32,000 nt of DNA from Candidatus Saccharimonadota bacterium. GTDB taxonomy: Bacteria > Patescibacteriota > Gracilibacteria > BD1-5 > UBA6164. The stretch lies in NCBI GenBank assembly GCA_965229705.1, contig OZ245922.1:630001-662000 (forward strand), in the 5' to 3' direction. Below are positions 30,683-32,000 of this stretch, one piece after another. Each line of letters starts with the position of its first letter. The first letter of the stretch is position 1. A program made the position numbers and the translations under genes. The notes under the pieces were generated by a model that made no database searches, was not told the DNA's origin, and worked only from the letters and a program-made list of their open reading frames with translations.

Positions 30683-30789
30683 TTAAGGAACCTCTGAAAA
30701 ACGAAAATTTTCTAATCCACTCTGGCTCTAACGAGCCATCTCTCCTTTGCAAAAGGAGAGAAAAAAGGAGTTTTTCAGAACTTCCTTAA
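30683..30789 (+). repeat. MITE-like structured repeat, copy C (most complete copy)
   Basis: The terminal inverted repeats are TTAAGGAACCTCTGAAAAAC ... GTTTTTCAGAACTTCCTTAA (17 of 20 positions complementary). Internal hairpins are GGCTC-TAAC-GAGCC and CTCTCC-TTTGCAAAA-GGAGAG. Confidence 0.85.
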
Positions 30790-30843
30790 TGAAGCGAGTT
30801 AAACTTTTAATCTCGCTTCATGAGAGGCGAAGAAAGGACTAAA

Positions 30844-30999
30844 ATGGACCTAAATACAGATAATTTTTTCGCAATGCTTCTAATACTCTTGGTTATTAGT
30901 TTATCAGATTACTTCCAAGAAAAAATTTGGGTGAAATATATGAAATATGTAATCTTAGGATTGATTCTTGGATTCTCTTTGCCAATTATCTGATTATAG
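30844..30999 (+). CDS. Hypothetical small membrane protein (51 aa)
   Basis: ATG at 30844. Two hydrophobic segments. One in-frame TGA. Stop is TAG 30997-30999. A strong terminator follows. Coding status is uncertain. Confidence 0.3.
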
Positions 31000-31012
31000 C
31001 AGGTATACACTA

Positions 31013-31040
31013 AAAAAGGAGCGTTATAACGCTCCTTTTT
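31013..31040. terminator. Bidirectional intrinsic terminator (perfect palindrome AAAAAGGAGCGTTATAACGCTCCTTTTT)
   Basis: Read directly from the sequence. Lies between convergent genes. Confidence 0.8.
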
Positions 31041-31041
31041 A

Positions 31042-31266
31042 CTATTTTATTATATTCTTCCAGTTCATAATACTCAGCACATACCCTGCAGCAAGTCCCC
31101 AAAAAAACATATACACCCATACATCAAGTGATAAAAGCACTGGGAAAGCCTTTGCAATCCAAAGTGTTGAAAAAACAATCATCAACTTAAATATCATTAT
31201 GTCACGAATTGTCATTCTATGAAGCGTGTCCATAGATTCTTGGATATATCTTTGGTAAAAGTTCAT
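31042..31266 (-). CDS. Hypothetical small membrane protein (74 aa)
   Basis: This is the 3' part of ORF 31042-31365. The start is placed at ATG 31264-31266 because the upstream part overlaps the MAPEG gene, whose stop is at 31317. Two TM helices. Confidence 0.35.
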   Translation of the reverse strand: MNFYQRYIQESMDTLHRMTIRDIMIFKLMIVFSTLWIAKAFPVLLSLDVWVYMFFWGLAAGYVLSIMNWKNIIK

Positions 31267-31316
31267 AAAAAAAGAAAAAATATATAAATCGTATCTTAGA
31301 AAAAAATTGCGAAAAA

Positions 31317-31703
31317 CTACAATAGTATTCCAGAAATTGCCAGTAATAACATACTCACCGTACACAAAAGAGAAATCAGAAATGGAATCATACGCTTTTT
31401 AGGATCTTGCTGATACATAACTGCATACAAAATACGCGAAATAATCCATATTCATCAAATAATAGCAGCAGCTATCTCATAACCTCAAAATGTCGCTACC
31501 CACAATAAGGGAAGAAATACCATCACGCTCTCTAGCGTATTTACCTGAATACGATGAGCAATGATAAACTCTGTATTTTTAGTCGTATAGGTCTCATATG
31601 ACTGAACCTTGTGTTTTGAACGCATAGTTCCAACCCTAAAGGCAAGAAGTACCTGTAAAAGAGAGATAACGCAAGTAATCAGACCTGCATATTCATAGTG
31701 CAT
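31317..31703 (-). CDS. MAPEG-family membrane protein
   Basis: ORF 31485-31703 continues through TGA 31485-31487 and a TGA-TGA doublet (31452-31457) to TAG 31317-31319. It is 128 aa with 3-4 TM helices and an IWIISRILYAVMY block. Confidence 0.6.
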
Positions 31704-31797
31704 AATAAAAAGTTATAAAAATAACTCTTGTATTGTAGTTTCATTATCTATTTACGCAAACTCAATCAACTATTTATGAAAAACTTTTTCAATAGTA

Positions 31798-32000
31798 CTA
31801 ATCTTTTACATACTCCCCTGCAAACTTACTCGTGAGACTCACAAAATCTGAGATATTTTTGAGTTCTCCTCACTCTAAAAGTACTGCCTGCATATAGGCG
31901 TAGTTGATAAGATCTTTGAGTTTTTTGGATTTTATATCAGACTGAAACTCTTTCTTCATCGCTTTTACCAGCTTATTGTTTGGGTTGAGTTCTAGGATAC
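31798..32000 (-). CDS. htpG: Molecular chaperone HtpG (Hsp90), C-terminal end only
   Basis: The sequence ILELNPNNKLVKAM...LINYAYMQAVLLEGGELKNISDFV matches the Hsp90 C-terminal region. Stop is TAG 31798-31800. The gene continues beyond the window. Confidence 0.7.

Noticed and set aside
18079-30789. Whether the three repeated elements could be a CRISPR array or array remnants.
   Set aside because: The copies lie about 2 kb and 10 kb apart, occur in both orientations, are ~107 nt long with terminal inverted repeats, and have no regular spacers. No cas genes are present in the window.
1-32000. The heavy fragmentation of recognisable genes in the ORF track suggested a decaying, pseudogene-rich genome or a sequence full of frameshift errors.
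   Set aside because: Every break between fragments of the same protein is a TGA in the same frame, and no frameshift is ever needed. True gene ends are always TAA or TAG. This is codon reassignment, not decay.
1-32000. Genetic code 4 (UGA = Trp, as in Mycoplasma and Spiroplasma) as the explanation for the in-frame TGA codons.
   Set aside because: TGA falls on invariant glycines: P-loops GxxGxGKS/T in RadA and MiaA, GNSGGP in HtrA, LPGVG in MutY, and GG pairs. Normal TGG codons are used where Trp is conserved, for example WQWGAS in the photolyase and EPWHWRY in VanY.

Overview
This is an AT-rich, gene-dense chromosomal segment that can only be read under genetic code 25 (UGA = glycine, with TAA and TAG as the only stops). 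That points to a Gracilibacteria or Absconditabacteria (SR1) type candidate-phyla-radiation genome. The supplied standard-code ORF track is therefore fragmented. When TGA is read as Gly, neighbouring fragments join in the same frame, with no frameshifts, into about 40 complete CDS. The content, in order, is as follows. (1) radA and htrA. (2) A minus-strand secE-nusG-hyp-greA-DUF212 operon. (3) An envelope and secreted-protein cluster: a LemA-like protein, a peptidoglycan-binding protein, a Cys-containing secreted protein and a YHYH protein. (4) A run of light- and oxidative-damage genes: an MbfA-like ferritin-VIT1 iron exporter, DUF1295, DUF2177, a MutY that appears to lack its Fe-S ligands, an FeS-BCP/(6-4)-type photolyase homologue, a class I CPD photolyase abutting prepilin peptidase PilD, and Nth. 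(5) miaA. (6) A tRNA-Thr/Tyr/Leu cluster with a duplicated tRNA-Leu 5' fragment. (7) rpmE and rplJ-rplL, with a leader and attenuator hairpin and no rpoB downstream, then tRNA-Gln. (8) A NUDIX hydrolase and a sortase. (9) A minus-strand cluster of a DEAD-box helicase, a 617-aa HExxH (DPP III / M49-like) protein, and an alpha/beta hydrolase fused to a VanY-type D,D-carboxypeptidase. (10) A MAPEG protein and the 3' end of htpG. The most unusual non-coding signal is three copies of a ~107-nt MITE-like element bounded by inverted repeats and carrying internal hairpins. I saw no CRISPR array, rRNA, transposase, integrase or phage genes. All coordinates and translations were derived by hand from the sequence. 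Family assignments rest on remembered motifs and need database confirmation.
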